This document shows, one piece after another, positions 27,742 through 38,385 of a stretch of 64,000 nt of DNA (positions within the stretch are counted from its first letter, which is position 1; each line of letters begins with the position of its first letter). Position numbers and translations under genes: made by a program. The notes beneath the pieces were generated by a model, which searched no databases, was not told where the DNA came from, and saw nothing but the letters and a program-made list of their open reading frames with translations. This DNA comes from Phormidium sp. Its GTDB lineage: Bacteria > Cyanobacteriota > Cyanobacteriia > Cyanobacteriales > Aerosakkonemataceae. The stretch spans positions 1,856,001-1,920,000 of the forward strand of contig CP143273.1 of NCBI GenBank assembly GCA_051013385.1, in the 5' to 3' direction.

Positions 27742-30700
27742 ATGAGAATTCGCCTTTTACCCTACATAGCAGCATTATCAGCAGGAATGGTAGTTCTAGC
27801 TGGTGTTTGGATTATCGATCGCTCAGAAGGAAAGCGTTTCCGAGAAAGTAATCGCGCCGATGTGTTGCATCAACTGAGCACTGTCCGCGCCAAATTAGAA
27901 GGCGCTTTAAACTCCCGATTATTTCTGGCGCGAGGGTTAGTCGCTTATGTTTCCAATCATCCAGAAATTGACCAAGCAGAATTTGAACGCCTTGCCAAAG
28001 TGTTAGTTTCGCAACAAACTGGCATTGGGAGTGTGGCATTGTACAGAGATTCGATCGTAACTCACATTTACCCATTCAAAGGTCATGAAGCAGCGATCGG
28101 ATTCGATCCTTCATCAGTACCCGAAGAACGAGAGGCGATTCAACGAGCAATTAACAGCAGAAAAACCGTAATTGCAGGGCCAGTAAACTTAGTAGAAGGG
28201 GGTGTAGGTTTTATCAATCGCACTCCCATTTTTCTTTCACCCCCCAACGAACCCCCGGAAAGTGGAAGATATTGGGGATTAGCAGGTGTAATCGTGGACA
28301 GAGACACGATTTTTCAAGAAGCAGGACTGATAAATTCGGGAAATCAACCAAAAAATCTTCCCCAATCTCATCAACAAGTGGAATTTGCTTTGCGGGGAAA
28401 AGATGGATTAGGGGAACAAGGGGAAATATTTTTCGGTAATGGCGCAATTTTTCGCAAAAATCCGGTAATTTTAGAAGTAAAATTGCCCAATGGTTACTGG
28501 CAAGTAGCAGCAATACCTGTGGGTGGTTGGTCAAAACAAGCGCCAATTTCCCAATGGTTGCGAATTGGTGGCGGAATTTCAGCTTTATTAACTGGTATTT
28601 TGGTGTATATTTGGGTGCGATCGCCAGAACATTTACGCCGAGCAGTACAAAAAGCCACGATCGCTTTAAAAGAATCAGAAACTAAATATCGGGAATTAGT
28701 TCAAAATGCCAACAGCATAATTTTAAAGCTAGATCCCCAAGGGAATATCACCTTTTTTAATGAATTTGCTCAAGGTTTCTTTGGGTATTCAGAACAGCAA
28801 ATTATTGGCAGAAATATAGTCGGAACCATAGTTCCCTTTACTGGCAGTTCAGGTCAAGATTTAGCAGGCTTAATTAAGCAAATTTTCCTATCTCCTGAGA
28901 TCTACAAACATCAAGAAAACGAAAATATTCGCAGCAATGGAGAAAGAGTGTGGATAGCTTGGCAAAATAAAGCTTTATTCGATCGAGATGGTAATTTTAC
29001 AGGATTGCTTTGTATTGGTACAGATATTAGCGATCGCAAACAAGCCGAAGAAGCCTTAAGAGCTTCCCAAAAAATGTTGCGGTTGGTGATGGATAATATT
29101 CCCCAAGCTATCTTTTGGAAAGACCTTAACTCAGTTTATCAAGGTTGTAATCAAAAGTTTATCGAAGATGTGGGTTTAGGAGAGCCATCCGCAGTTATTG
29201 GGAAAACTGAGTATGATTTTTGTGAAAGTGAAACCCAAGCGGAATTTTTACGAGCGATCGATCGACAAGTGATGGAAAGTAATACTCAAGTCACTCAATA
29301 TTGTGAGTATTTTCACTTCATAAATGGTCGAAAAGCTTGGTTAGAAACTAGTAAAATTCCCCTGCATGATGCTGCGGGAAATGTAGTCGGAATTTTAGTA
29401 ACTTATGAAGACATTACTGAGCGCAAACGCACCGAAGAAGCCTTGCGGGAAAGTGAAAATAAATTCCGCTTATTATTTGAACAGTCAGGAGACGCAATCC
29501 TGTTATTACAAAATGATAAATTTATCGACTGTAACCAAGCCGCACAAGAAATGATTGGTGCTAGCGGCAAGGAACAATTATTAAATTTACATCCGGCTCA
29601 ATTATCACCTGAAAAACAACCAGATGGTAGCTACTCTTTAAACAAAGCTAACGAAAATAATGCCTTAGCAATTAGTAGAGGAAACTGGAGATTTGAATGG
29701 ATACATCAACGATTAGATGGCTCACAATTTCCCGTAGAAGTATTACTCACCGCTATTCCCTTACAAGGTGAAAAAATCCTTCATGTAGTTTGGCGCGATA
29801 TCACCGAACGCAAACGTGCTGAAGAAAATTTAAAAGCAAGTGAAAGACGCTTACGCAGACAAAGTACCGCTCTTTTAGAATTAGCAACTAACAGCAAACT
29901 TACCTGCGGTGATTTAGTAGAAGTAATTCAAGAAATTACCGAAACAGCAGCTAAAACATTGGAGTTAGAAAGAGCCAGCGTTTGGTTGTATAAACCAGAG
30001 AAAACCGGAATTATTTGCTTGGATTTGTATGAGCAAAGTAGCGATCGCCACTCTTCAGGAATAGAATTATTATCCATAGACTACCCCAACTATTTCCAAG
30101 CATTACACACTCAACGAATTATCACCGTTCATCATGCTCATAAAGACTCTAGAACCAATGAACTTTATGATAATTATCTCAATCCTTCAGGGATTATTTC
30201 CATGTTAGATGCACCAATTAGATTAAGTGGAGAAATGATTGGTGTAATCAGCCATGAACATACCGAAACAGCACGTTATTGGACTTTAGACGAAGAGAAC
30301 TTTGCCGCCTCTTTAGCCGATTTTGTAGCCTTAGCAATGGAAGGGGTAGAACGTCGCCGCGCTCAACAAGCACTTTTAAAAGCTAACGAAGAATTAGAAA
30401 ATCGGGTGGAAGAAAGAACAGCAGCTTTAAAAGCAGCAAATCATCAATTAATAGAAGAAATTCGCCAAAGGAAACAATCAGAATTAGCATTAAGCCAAGC
30501 CGAAGAAAAGTATCGCACAATATTTGAAAATGCCGTAGAAGGAATTTTCCAAACCTCAGTAGATGGACGTTACTTAAGTGCTAATCCAGCATTAGCCAGA
30601 TTATACGGTTACAATTCTCCCGAAGAATTGATGAATAATATCCAAAACGTTGAACAGCAACTTTATGTCGAGCCACAGCAGAGAGCAAAGTTTATTCAAT

Positions 30701-31518
30701 TAATCGAAGAACATAACAATGTATTTGGGTTTGAATCGCAAGTTTATCGTCAAGATGGAAAGATTATTTGGGTTTCCGAAAATACTCGTGCAGTTCGGGA
30801 TGAGCAAGGAAAAATACTGTATTATGAAGGGACAATCGAAGATATTACCAACCGGAAAACAACCGAAGAAGCACTACGTTACCAACAAGAACAAACCGAA
30901 AAATTACTGTTAAACATCTTACCACAACCGATCGCCGAACGCCTACGAAGAGAAGAAAGCACGATCGCAGATATTTTTAAAGAAGCCACAGTTCTATTTG
31001 CCGATATAGTCGGATTTACCGAACTTTCAGCGAACATTTCCCCAGTAGAACTAATAGAAATGCTCAACGAAATATTCTCCACTTTTGATGAACTAACCGA
31101 AGAACACGGCTTAGAAAAAATAAAAACCATTGGCGACGCTTACATGGTAGTTGGAGGATTACCAATACCCCGCAAAGATCATGCTCATGCGATCGCAGAA
31201 ATGGCATTAGATATGAAAACACAGATCGATCGTTTCAACCGGGAAAGCGGACAAAACGTCCAACTGCGCGTAGGCATAAATACAGGCCCCGTCATCGCAG
31301 GCGTAATCGGCATTAAAAAATTCATCTACGACTTATGGGGCGACACAGTAAACACCGCCAGTCGCATGGAATCGCACGGTTTAGCCGGACAAATTCAAGT
31401 CACAACCACAACCTACGAACTACTCCGAGATAAATACCACTTCCAAAAACGAGGTAACATCCCCATCAAAGGCAAAGGAGAAATGACAACCTATCTGCTT
31501 ACAGGGAGAATGCTTTAA
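27742..31518 (+). CDS. Class III adenylate cyclase (CHASE-PASx3-GAF-PAS-cyclase)
   Basis: TM-flanked CHASE region ('AGPVNLVEGG'), PAS/PAC units, GAF and 'YDLWGDTVNTASRMES'. Confidence 0.9.
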   Translation: MRIRLLPYIAALSAGMVVLAGVWIIDRSEGKRFRESNRADVLHQLSTVRAKLEGALNSRLFLARGLVAYVSNHPEIDQAEFERLAKVLVSQQTGIGSVALYRDSIVTHIYPFKGHEAAIGFDPSSVPEEREAIQRAINSRKTVIAGPVNLVEGGVGFINRTPIFLSPPNEPPESGRYWGLAGVIVDRDTIFQEAGLINSGNQPKNLPQSHQQVEFALRGKDGLGEQGEIFFGNGAIFRKNPVILEVKLPNGYWQVAAIPVGGWSKQAPISQWLRIGGGISALLTGILVYIWVRSPEHLRRAVQKATIALKESETKYRELVQNANSIILKLDPQGNITFFNEFAQGFFGYSEQQIIGRNIVGTIVPFTGSSGQDLAGLIKQIFLSPEIYKHQENENIRSNGERVWIAWQNKALFDRDGNFTGLLCIGTDISDRKQAEEALRASQKMLRLVMDNIPQAIFWKDLNSVYQGCNQKFIEDVGLGEPSAVIGKTEYDFCESETQAEFLRAIDRQVMESNTQVTQYCEYFHFINGRKAWLETSKIPLHDAAGNVVGILVTYEDITERKRTEEALRESENKFRLLFEQSGDAILLLQNDKFIDCNQAAQEMIGASGKEQLLNLHPAQLSPEKQPDGSYSLNKANENNALAISRGNWRFEWIHQRLDGSQFPVEVLLTAIPLQGEKILHVVWRDITERKRAEENLKASERRLRRQSTALLELATNSKLTCGDLVEVIQEITETAAKTLELERASVWLYKPEKTGIICLDLYEQSSDRHSSGIELLSIDYPNYFQALHTQRIITVHHAHKDSRTNELYDNYLNPSGIISMLDAPIRLSGEMIGVISHEHTETARYWTLDEENFAASLADFVALAMEGVERRRAQQALLKANEELENRVEERTAALKAANHQLIEEIRQRKQSELALSQAEEKYRTIFENAVEGIFQTSVDGRYLSANPALARLYGYNSPEELMNNIQNVEQQLYVEPQQRAKFIQLIEEHNNVFGFESQVYRQDGKIIWVSENTRAVRDEQGKILYYEGTIEDITNRKTTEEALRYQQEQTEKLLLNILPQPIAERLRREESTIADIFKEATVLFADIVGFTELSANISPVELIEMLNEIFSTFDELTEEHGLEKIKTIGDAYMVVGGLPIPRKDHAHAIAEMALDMKTQIDRFNRESGQNVQLRVGINTGPVIAGVIGIKKFIYDLWGDTVNTASRMESHGLAGQIQVTTTTYELLRDKYHFQKRGNIPIKGKGEMTTYLLTGRML

Positions 31519-31600
31519 GTTTTGAGTTTTGAGTGTTGAGTTTTGAGTTTTGAGTTAGAAAGAAACTTTAGAGTTTTGAATTTTACTTAGATAAGTTGAT

Positions 31601-31646
31601 TCGCTGAACCAAGAATCCCCATCCCCTTGTGGGTGGGGAGCTTCAA
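31601..31646 (+). mobile_element. Orphan IS200/IS605-type right-end remnant
   Basis: GAACCAAGAATCCCC-hairpin-GGGGAG..TTCAA pattern. Confidence 0.55.
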
Positions 31647-31779
31647 CCAGGAGTCCCCTGCTCCGAGAGCTCCGAGAACCCATCTGGAAAAAAATTTCTG
31701 GCAACCCGAATGAGGTACTGAGATTCTAAGACTATAATCTTGACATAATCAGTAAACTATTGACGCAATTTGAATTCTC

Positions 31780-32277
31780 ATGGGCAAGGTTCTGGTGTTA
31801 AATGCCTCTTACGAACCGCTCAACATCACCAACTGGCGACGGGCGGTTGTTCTATTGATCAAAGGTAAAGCAGAGCAAGTCGAACACAATGGGAAATACA
31901 TTTATGCGGAATTTCCCTTACCAACTGTGATTCGGCTGCGTCATTACGTCCGGGTTCCCTACAAAGATATTCCCCTGACCAGACGTAATATATTGCACCG
32001 AGACGGGCATAGTTGTCAATACTGCGGTTACACAGGGGACGAGTTAACCCTCGATCATGTTCTCCCTCGTTCTCGCGGTGGAGGCGAAAGTTGGGAAAAT
32101 ATGGTGACAGCCTGTGTCCGGTGCAACATCAAAAAAGGCAACCGCACACCCTCAGAAGCAAATATGCTTTTAAGGAATACACCGCGAAAACCTTACAGCA
32201 GTCTATATTTTGAAGTTGCTAAACACATAAAAAGTGGTACGCATCAAGAGTGGCGAAAATATGTTATCGGTGTTTGA
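31780..32277 (+). CDS. HNH endonuclease (conserved cyanobacterial type)
   Basis: 'RD..CQYCG', 'TLDHVLPRSRGG' and 'WEN.VTAC.RCN..K'. Confidence 0.9.
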   Translation: MGKVLVLNASYEPLNITNWRRAVVLLIKGKAEQVEHNGKYIYAEFPLPTVIRLRHYVRVPYKDIPLTRRNILHRDGHSCQYCGYTGDELTLDHVLPRSRGGGESWENMVTACVRCNIKKGNRTPSEANMLLRNTPRKPYSSLYFEVAKHIKSGTHQEWRKYVIGV

Positions 32278-32280
32278 CAG

Positions 32281-32310
32281 ACCTGCACGAAATAAAGTGC
32301 AGGTTTTTTT
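32281..32310 (+). terminator. Rho-independent terminator
   Basis: ACCTGCAC-loop-GTGCAGGT followed by a T run. Confidence 0.7.
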
Positions 32311-32324
32311 ATAAGGGAAGGGAA

Positions 32325-32625
32325 CGGGGACTGGGGACTGGGGACTGGGGACTGGGGACTGGGGACTGGGAGAAAGTTCTGAGTTTTGAGTTTTGAGTTT
32401 TGAGTTGGGGAGATGGAGGAGTTTTGAGTTTTGAGTTTTGAGTTTTGAGTTTTGTAGAGTTGCAGAGTTTTAAGTTTTGAGTTTTGAGTTTTGTAGAGTT
32501 GCAGAGTTTTAAGTTTTAAATTCTCCCCTGCCCCTCTGCCCCTCTGCCCCTCTGCCCCTCTGCCCCTCTGCCCCCTCTAGCGAACCTGCCCCTCTGCCCC
32601 CTCTAGCGAACCTGCCCCCCTGCCT
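32325..32625. repeat. Mixed STRR arrays (GGGGACT, GAGTTTT, CCCCTCTG)
   Basis: Seen directly. Confidence 0.9.
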
Positions 32626-32811
32626 GCATTAGGGGCTTCTACCGAATGAAATACTCAACAGGGGGGTATGTACAAACTGGATTTTTTTGCGAAGATCGAA
32701 GAGAAGCAACTTAACTCAACCTGGGGAATGCTGCTTTGTTGCAAGCATAACCACAGGAAAAAAATTGTACATTCTAGACTTCGTAAAGTACCCCTACCCC
32801 TTTTTAATAAT

Positions 32812-34086
32812 ATGCAATCTCGATCGATCGAGTCACTCGAACGTTTAACCCTATTAGCTGATTCTCCTGTGGAACTAAAGGCAAATACAGCCAATACTGA
32901 TTCTCAGCCAAAGCGATCGGGTTCGTCTGCATCTGAATCGATAAACGAACCTATCAGACGTACCCCCAGTCAATTATCCGCTCAAAAAACCCAAGCTCTA
33001 CAACAAACCTTAGAGCGCCATCGGGAAGAAAAGCAAATTATAGTAGTTCAGGATTTCCCCGATCCTGATGCTTTATCATGTGCTTGGGCGTACCAATTAA
33101 TCGCCCAACAATATGGCATTCAATGCGACATTGTTTATGGTGGTACTTTGAGTCACCAAGAAAATATTGCCTTGGTGAAATTGACTAACCTACCTGCAAT
33201 GCGTTGGACACCGCAAGTCGTGAAAAACAAAGATTTATCTGTGTATCAAGGTTGCGTTTTAATCGATAACCAAGGTACTACCAGCCAATTAATGACGCAA
33301 GTCCAGCAAGCTGGAATTCCCACAATTGTAGTAGTTGACCATCACCAGCTACAAGGTAATTTACAAGCTGAATTTATTGATATTCGTCCAGCTGTTCGTG
33401 CTACATCAACAATTTTTACCCAATACTTGCAAGCAGGATTACTGGAGTTAGATAACGGCATTAGCGAGCACGTAAAATGCGCTACAGCTTTAATGCACGG
33501 TTTGCGTTCTGATACTAATGGGTTGCGACAAGCGCAGGAAGAAGAATTTCTCGCTGCTGCTTATCTTAGCCGTTTTTACGATCCCCAAATGCTCAATGCT
33601 GTATTACAGGCGACTCGTTCTAAACGAGTGATGGATGTAATAGAGCGTAGTTTGAAAAACCGCATTGTGAAAAATAACTTCTCAATTGCTGGAGTTGGTT
33701 ATTTGCTTTACGATGACCGTGATGCCATTCCCCAAGCTGCCGATTTCTTAGTAACAGAAGAAAACGTGCATACGGCAGTGGTTTATGGTATTGTTCATGA
33801 TGAAGATAAAGAGCGGGAATTAGTAGTTGGTTCTTTAAGAACTACTAAACTCACTCTCGATCCCGATGAATTTATCAAAGAAGCTTTTGGTCAAGACAAT
33901 CAAGGACGTTTCTTTGGTGGTGGACGTTCAATGGCGGGAGGGTTTGAAATTCCGATCGGTTTCTTAGGTGGCAGTAACGAAAATTCGGAATATGCCAAAC
34001 TGAAATGGGAAGTTTTTGATAGCCAAATTAAACAAAAGCTCTTAAAACTAGTGAATCCCACCCATAACTTGATTGAAACCGAATAG
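32812..34086 (+). CDS. DHH-family phosphoesterase (NrnA-like)
   Basis: 'PDPDA', 'VDHH', 'SDT' and 'GGG..AGG'. The ATG at 32812 is preferred as the start. Confidence 0.85.
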   Translation: MQSRSIESLERLTLLADSPVELKANTANTDSQPKRSGSSASESINEPIRRTPSQLSAQKTQALQQTLERHREEKQIIVVQDFPDPDALSCAWAYQLIAQQYGIQCDIVYGGTLSHQENIALVKLTNLPAMRWTPQVVKNKDLSVYQGCVLIDNQGTTSQLMTQVQQAGIPTIVVVDHHQLQGNLQAEFIDIRPAVRATSTIFTQYLQAGLLELDNGISEHVKCATALMHGLRSDTNGLRQAQEEEFLAAAYLSRFYDPQMLNAVLQATRSKRVMDVIERSLKNRIVKNNFSIAGVGYLLYDDRDAIPQAADFLVTEENVHTAVVYGIVHDEDKERELVVGSLRTTKLTLDPDEFIKEAFGQDNQGRFFGGGRSMAGGFEIPIGFLGGSNENSEYAKLKWEVFDSQIKQKLLKLVNPTHNLIETE

Positions 34087-34196
34087 TTGGGTAAAGTTGC
34101 AAGTTGCAGATATTAGATTTTTGGCTCATTTTACTATAAAATCAAGAATCTTAAATCTGTTAGCGAAGCGTGTGCGGAATGCACGCAAATCAAGCA

Positions 34197-34691
34197 ATGG
34201 TGAATTTGTACTTGGTGCGTCATGGGATCGCTGCTTTAAGAGAAGAGTATCCTGAAGATGGGGTAAGACCGCTGACGAGTGAGGGGAAGCGGAAAACCAA
34301 GCAAGTAGCTCAACAATTGTTTAAATTGGGTCTGCGGTTTGATTTAATTTTGACTAGTCCGTTGGTACGAGCTCGCCAAACTGCTGATATTCTAAAAGCG
34401 ATCGGACTAAGTTCCCAGCTAGAAGAATCAACAGACCTAACTCCAGAAGGTAGCATCTACTCTTGGTTAACTTGGTGGGAGGAGTGGCAAAACCAAGGCG
34501 GTAGTAGTTTAGCATTAGTTGGTCATGAACCAAACTTAGGAGAATGGACGGAAATTTTGGTTTGGGGTGAAGCAAAAGGCAATTTGTTAGTTAAAAAAGC
34601 TGGCGTTATTGGAGTGCAACTTCCCGAAAGTGGTTCTCCGATCGGTCGTAGTTTATTATTTTGGCTAACACCACCAAAGTTCTTGCTGTAG
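34197..34691 (+). CDS. sixA: Phosphohistidine phosphatase SixA
   Basis: 'LYLVRHG', 'SPLVRARQT' and 'LVGHEP'. Confidence 0.9.
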   Translation: MVNLYLVRHGIAALREEYPEDGVRPLTSEGKRKTKQVAQQLFKLGLRFDLILTSPLVRARQTADILKAIGLSSQLEESTDLTPEGSIYSWLTWWEEWQNQGGSSLALVGHEPNLGEWTEILVWGEAKGNLLVKKAGVIGVQLPESGSPIGRSLLFWLTPPKFLL

Positions 34692-34785
34692 CAACTCTTA
34701 AATCATTTCGGTGCTAACCGTAACAGGTTCAGACTTTCTGGTAAGTTAGCCTGAAGAGATATTCATGTAAGCAAAGAGTAAGGAT

Positions 34786-35928
34786 ATGACCGTCTGCGAG
34801 TTTAGACCAGGTTTAGAAGGAATTCCCGCTGCTGAATCTGCTATTAGTCATGTTGATGGACACAAGGGAATTTTGGAATATCGGGGTATTAAAATTGAAG
34901 AGTTGGCAGAAAAAAGCAACTTCTTAGAAACAACCTATCTGTTAATTTGGGGTAAGCTACCAACTAAGCCAGAATTAGATGCTTTTGAACATGAAATCCG
35001 TTATCATCGTCGGATTAAGTATCGCATCGTTGATATGATGAAATGCTTCCCAGAAAGCGGTCATCCGATGGATGCTTTGCAAGCTTCAGCGGCAGCGTTA
35101 GGATTGTTCTATTCTCGGCGCGATTTGCATAATCCAGCTTATATTCGAGCAGCTGTGGTGCGATTGATGGCGAAAATCCCCACGATGGTAGCTGCTTTCC
35201 AGTTGATGCGGAATGGGAATGAGCCTGTTAGACCCCGTGACGATTTGGGTTATTCAGCTAACTTTCTTTATATGCTCAATGAAAGGGAACCTGACCCATT
35301 ATCGGCAAGAATCATGGATATTTGCCTGATTCTTCATGCTGAACATACGATGAATGCTTCTACTTTCTCGGCAAGAGTGACTGCTTCGACTTTGACAGAC
35401 CCTTATGCAGTCATAGCTTCAGCTGTGGGAACTTTAGGTGGGCCTTTACATGGGGGCGCAAATGAAGAAGTTATTGAAATGTTAGAAGAGATTGGCTCGG
35501 TGGAAAATGTTCGCCCTTATTTAGAGGATTGTTTGCAGCGCAAATCGAAAATAATGGGCTTTGGTCATCGAGTGTACAAGGTGAAAGACCCCAGAGCTAC
35601 CATACTCCAAGGTTTAGCCGAGCAATTGTTTGACAAGTTCGGGATGGACAAATATTACGAAATTGCAGTGGAGTTGGAAAGGGCGGTGGAAGAGAAGTTG
35701 GGACACAAGGGAATTTACCCGAATGTTGACTTTTATTCCGGTTTGTTGTATAGAAAGATGGGAATTCCTACAGATTTGTTTACGCCGATTTTTGCGATCG
35801 CTCGTGTAGCTGGCTGGTTAGCCCACTGGAAAGAACAACTCGAAGAAAACCGCATCTATCGCCCCACCCAAGTTTACACCGGATACCACGAATCTAATTA
35901 CATCCCAATGGAGAAACGGTGTTCTTGA
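34786..35928 (+). CDS. gltA: Citrate synthase
   Basis: 'HAEH.MNAST', 'GPLHGGANE', 'GFGHRVYK' and 'PNVDFYSG'. Confidence 0.96.
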   Translation: MTVCEFRPGLEGIPAAESAISHVDGHKGILEYRGIKIEELAEKSNFLETTYLLIWGKLPTKPELDAFEHEIRYHRRIKYRIVDMMKCFPESGHPMDALQASAAALGLFYSRRDLHNPAYIRAAVVRLMAKIPTMVAAFQLMRNGNEPVRPRDDLGYSANFLYMLNEREPDPLSARIMDICLILHAEHTMNASTFSARVTASTLTDPYAVIASAVGTLGGPLHGGANEEVIEMLEEIGSVENVRPYLEDCLQRKSKIMGFGHRVYKVKDPRATILQGLAEQLFDKFGMDKYYEIAVELERAVEEKLGHKGIYPNVDFYSGLLYRKMGIPTDLFTPIFAIARVAGWLAHWKEQLEENRIYRPTQVYTGYHESNYIPMEKRCS

Positions 35929-35954
35929 TGAGGCTCCAGGGGTTCCGGGGACAA

Positions 35955-36016
35955 GGGGCAGAGGGGCAGAGGGGCAGAGGGGCAGAGGGGCAGAGGGGCA
36001 GAGGGGCAGAGGGGCA
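35955..36016. repeat. (GGGGCAGA)n octamer array
   Basis: About 8 copies. Confidence 0.9.
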
Positions 36017-36029
36017 AGAAAACTTCTTA

Positions 36030-36208
36030 ACTCTGTCACTCTCTCACTCAAAACTGTCCCCAAACTCTCCTAAACTCAAAACTCTGTCACTCTCTCACTC
36101 AAAACTGTCCCCAAACTCTCCTAAACTCAAAACTCTGTCACTCTCTCACTCAAAACTGTCCCCAAACTCTCCTAAACTCAAAACTCTGTCACTCTCTCAC
36201 TCAAAACT
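36030..36208. repeat. 51-bp perfect tandem repeat, 3.5 copies
   Basis: Unit ACTCTGTCACTCTCTCACTCAAAACTGTCCCCAAACTCTCCTAAACTCAAA. Confidence 0.9.
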
Positions 36209-36375
36209 TCCTCAGTCCCCATTAGTCTATCTCAGGGTTAGTTATAAGTAGAAATTGTGATTACCTGTGCTGGGCTGTAGTCCCTGCAACGATATACTAT
36301 GCAGAGAAGTTCTAAAAAAATCTTCACAAACTCATAAACCGAGTTTGGGCGAGGTCACGAAAAATATCGACAAAC

Positions 36376-37494
36376 ATGAACTCAGGAATAGACCTGCAAG
36401 GCATTTTTATTAAGTCTCTCACGGACTTTGGCATCCCATCGGGAGCAGCTAAAGCCTTATGGCTTCCCCTACCGATGTTCTTGATGATTATCGGTGCAAC
36501 TGTAGGAGTGCTCGTTACCGTTTGGCTAGAACGGAAGATTTCCGCTGCTGCTCAACAACGGATTGGCCCAGAGTATATGGGGCCATTTGGGGTGTTAGCG
36601 CCCGTAGCAGATGGAATTAAGCTGGTTTTTAAAGAAGATACGCTTCCGGCTAAGACTGACGGAATTTTATTTACTCTGGGGCCAATTATCGTAGTTATCC
36701 CGGTGTTTTTGTCCTATTTAATCGTGCCGTTTGGACAAAATCTGGTGATTACTGATATTGGGATGGGGATATTTCTGTGGATTGCCTTTTCCAGTATTGC
36801 GCCCATTGGTCTGCTGATGTCAGGTTATGCCTCCAATAATAAGTATTCACTACTGGGTGGCTTAAGGGCAGCAGCACAATCTATTAGTTATGAAGTTCCT
36901 TTGTCTTTGTCGGTGATTGCGGTGGTGATGATGTCTAATAGCCTCAGCACGATCGACATTGTAGACCAGCAATCTAGTTTGGGAATTTTAAGCTGGAATA
37001 TCTGGCGACAACCTTTAGGGTTCATAATTTTTTGGATTTGCGCTTTAGCAGAATGCGAGCGTTTGCCTTTTGACCTTCCCGAAGCAGAAGAAGAATTAGT
37101 TGCAGGTTATCAAACCGAGTATTCAGGCATGAAATTCGCCCTGTTTTACCTTGGTTCTTACGTTAACTTAGTTCTCTCTGCTTTAATCTTTGCCATTCTT
37201 TATTTGGGTGGCTGGAATTTCCCCGTTCCCATTGAAACATTAGCAAGTTGGTTAGGAGTCAGCGAAACTAATTCCTGGTTACAAATTATCACCGCTTCTT
37301 TGGGCATCGGCATGACTGTACTCAAAGCTTACTTCCTAGTATTTTTAGCAGTTTTGGTACGCTGGACAGTACCTCGCGTCAGAATCGATCAATTGCTAAA
37401 TTTAGGATGGAAGTTCTTACTACCCATTGGTTTAGCAAACTTGCTATTAACGGCAGCTTTGAAGTTAGCATTTCCAGTTGCGTTTGGCGGGTAG
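36376..37494 (+). CDS. ndhA: NAD(P)H-quinone oxidoreductase subunit 1
   Basis: 'ERKISA..QQRIGP' and '[17 protein letters not shown]'. Confidence 0.97.
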   Translation: MNSGIDLQGIFIKSLTDFGIPSGAAKALWLPLPMFLMIIGATVGVLVTVWLERKISAAAQQRIGPEYMGPFGVLAPVADGIKLVFKEDTLPAKTDGILFTLGPIIVVIPVFLSYLIVPFGQNLVITDIGMGIFLWIAFSSIAPIGLLMSGYASNNKYSLLGGLRAAAQSISYEVPLSLSVIAVVMMSNSLSTIDIVDQQSSLGILSWNIWRQPLGFIIFWICALAECERLPFDLPEAEEELVAGYQTEYSGMKFALFYLGSYVNLVLSALIFAILYLGGWNFPVPIETLASWLGVSETNSWLQIITASLGIGMTVLKAYFLVFLAVLVRWTVPRVRIDQLLNLGWKFLLPIGLANLLLTAALKLAFPVAFGG

Positions 37495-37664
37495 TCATTG
37501 GTCATTGGTCATTAGTCATTGGTCATTGGTCATTGGTAGTTGAAAAAGTAAATTGAATCAGTAAATGAAAAATTGCTCTTTCTCACAAATGACAAATGAC
37601 GAATGACAAATAACATAAGACGAATGACAAATAACATAAGACATAAGACAAATGACAAAAAATT

Positions 37665-38246
37665 ATGAAGTTCCTCAAACAGGTTGGAGATTACGCGAAA
37701 GAGGCAGTTCAAGCTGCTAAGTTTATTGGTCAAGGTTTATCTGTAACTTTTGACCACATGCGTCGCCGTCCAGTTACGGTACAGTACCCTTACGAAAAAT
37801 TGATTCCTTCGGAACGTTTTCGGGGTCGGATTCACTTTGAATTTGACAAGTGTATCTCTTGCGAAGTTTGCGTGCGTGTATGTCCAATTAATTTACCTGT
37901 AGTGGATTGGGAATTCAATAAAGAAACGAAGAAGAAACAACTCAAACACTACAGTATCGATTTCGGAGTTTGTATTTTCTGTGGCAATTGTGTGGAATAT
38001 TGTCCGACTAATTGTTTGTCAATGACAGAAGATTATGAGCTTTCGACTTACGATCGCCACGAGTTAAACTACGATAACGTAGCTTTGGGTCGCTTACCTT
38101 ATAAGGTGACAAACGATCCAATGGTGACACCTTTACGCGAATTTGTTTACCTGCCAAAAGGTGTATTAGACCCCCACGATTTGCCACCAGGGACTCGCGG
38201 TGCTGGTAAACTACCAGAAGAAATTCTCCAAGAAACAGAGAAATAG
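37665..38246 (+). CDS. ndhI: NAD(P)H-quinone oxidoreductase subunit I
   Basis: Two CxxCxxCxxxCP motifs. Confidence 0.97.
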   Translation: MKFLKQVGDYAKEAVQAAKFIGQGLSVTFDHMRRRPVTVQYPYEKLIPSERFRGRIHFEFDKCISCEVCVRVCPINLPVVDWEFNKETKKKQLKHYSIDFGVCIFCGNCVEYCPTNCLSMTEDYELSTYDRHELNYDNVALGRLPYKVTNDPMVTPLREFVYLPKGVLDPHDLPPGTRGAGKLPEEILQETEK

Positions 38247-38385
38247 GGACTGGGGACTGGATGATTTTAGATTTTAGATTTTAGATTTTAGATTGACTTA
38301 GTTAAAAATCTAAAATCGAAAAACTAAAATCGAAAATTTCCCAGTACCCACTCCCCAAATTAACGTTATTAAAGGACAAAAAACT

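Noticed and set aside
31780..32277. HNH nuclease as a defence or IscB-like effector
   Set aside because: It is a stand-alone 165-aa protein of the conserved type, with no RuvC or PLMP motifs and no evident associated RNA.
36030..36208. Possible CRISPR array
   Set aside because: The units are identical and contiguous, with no unique spacers and no cas genes in the window.
35818..36251. ORFs across the GGGGCAGA and 51-bp repeats
   Set aside because: They are repeat-derived reading frames that overlap the gltA end.
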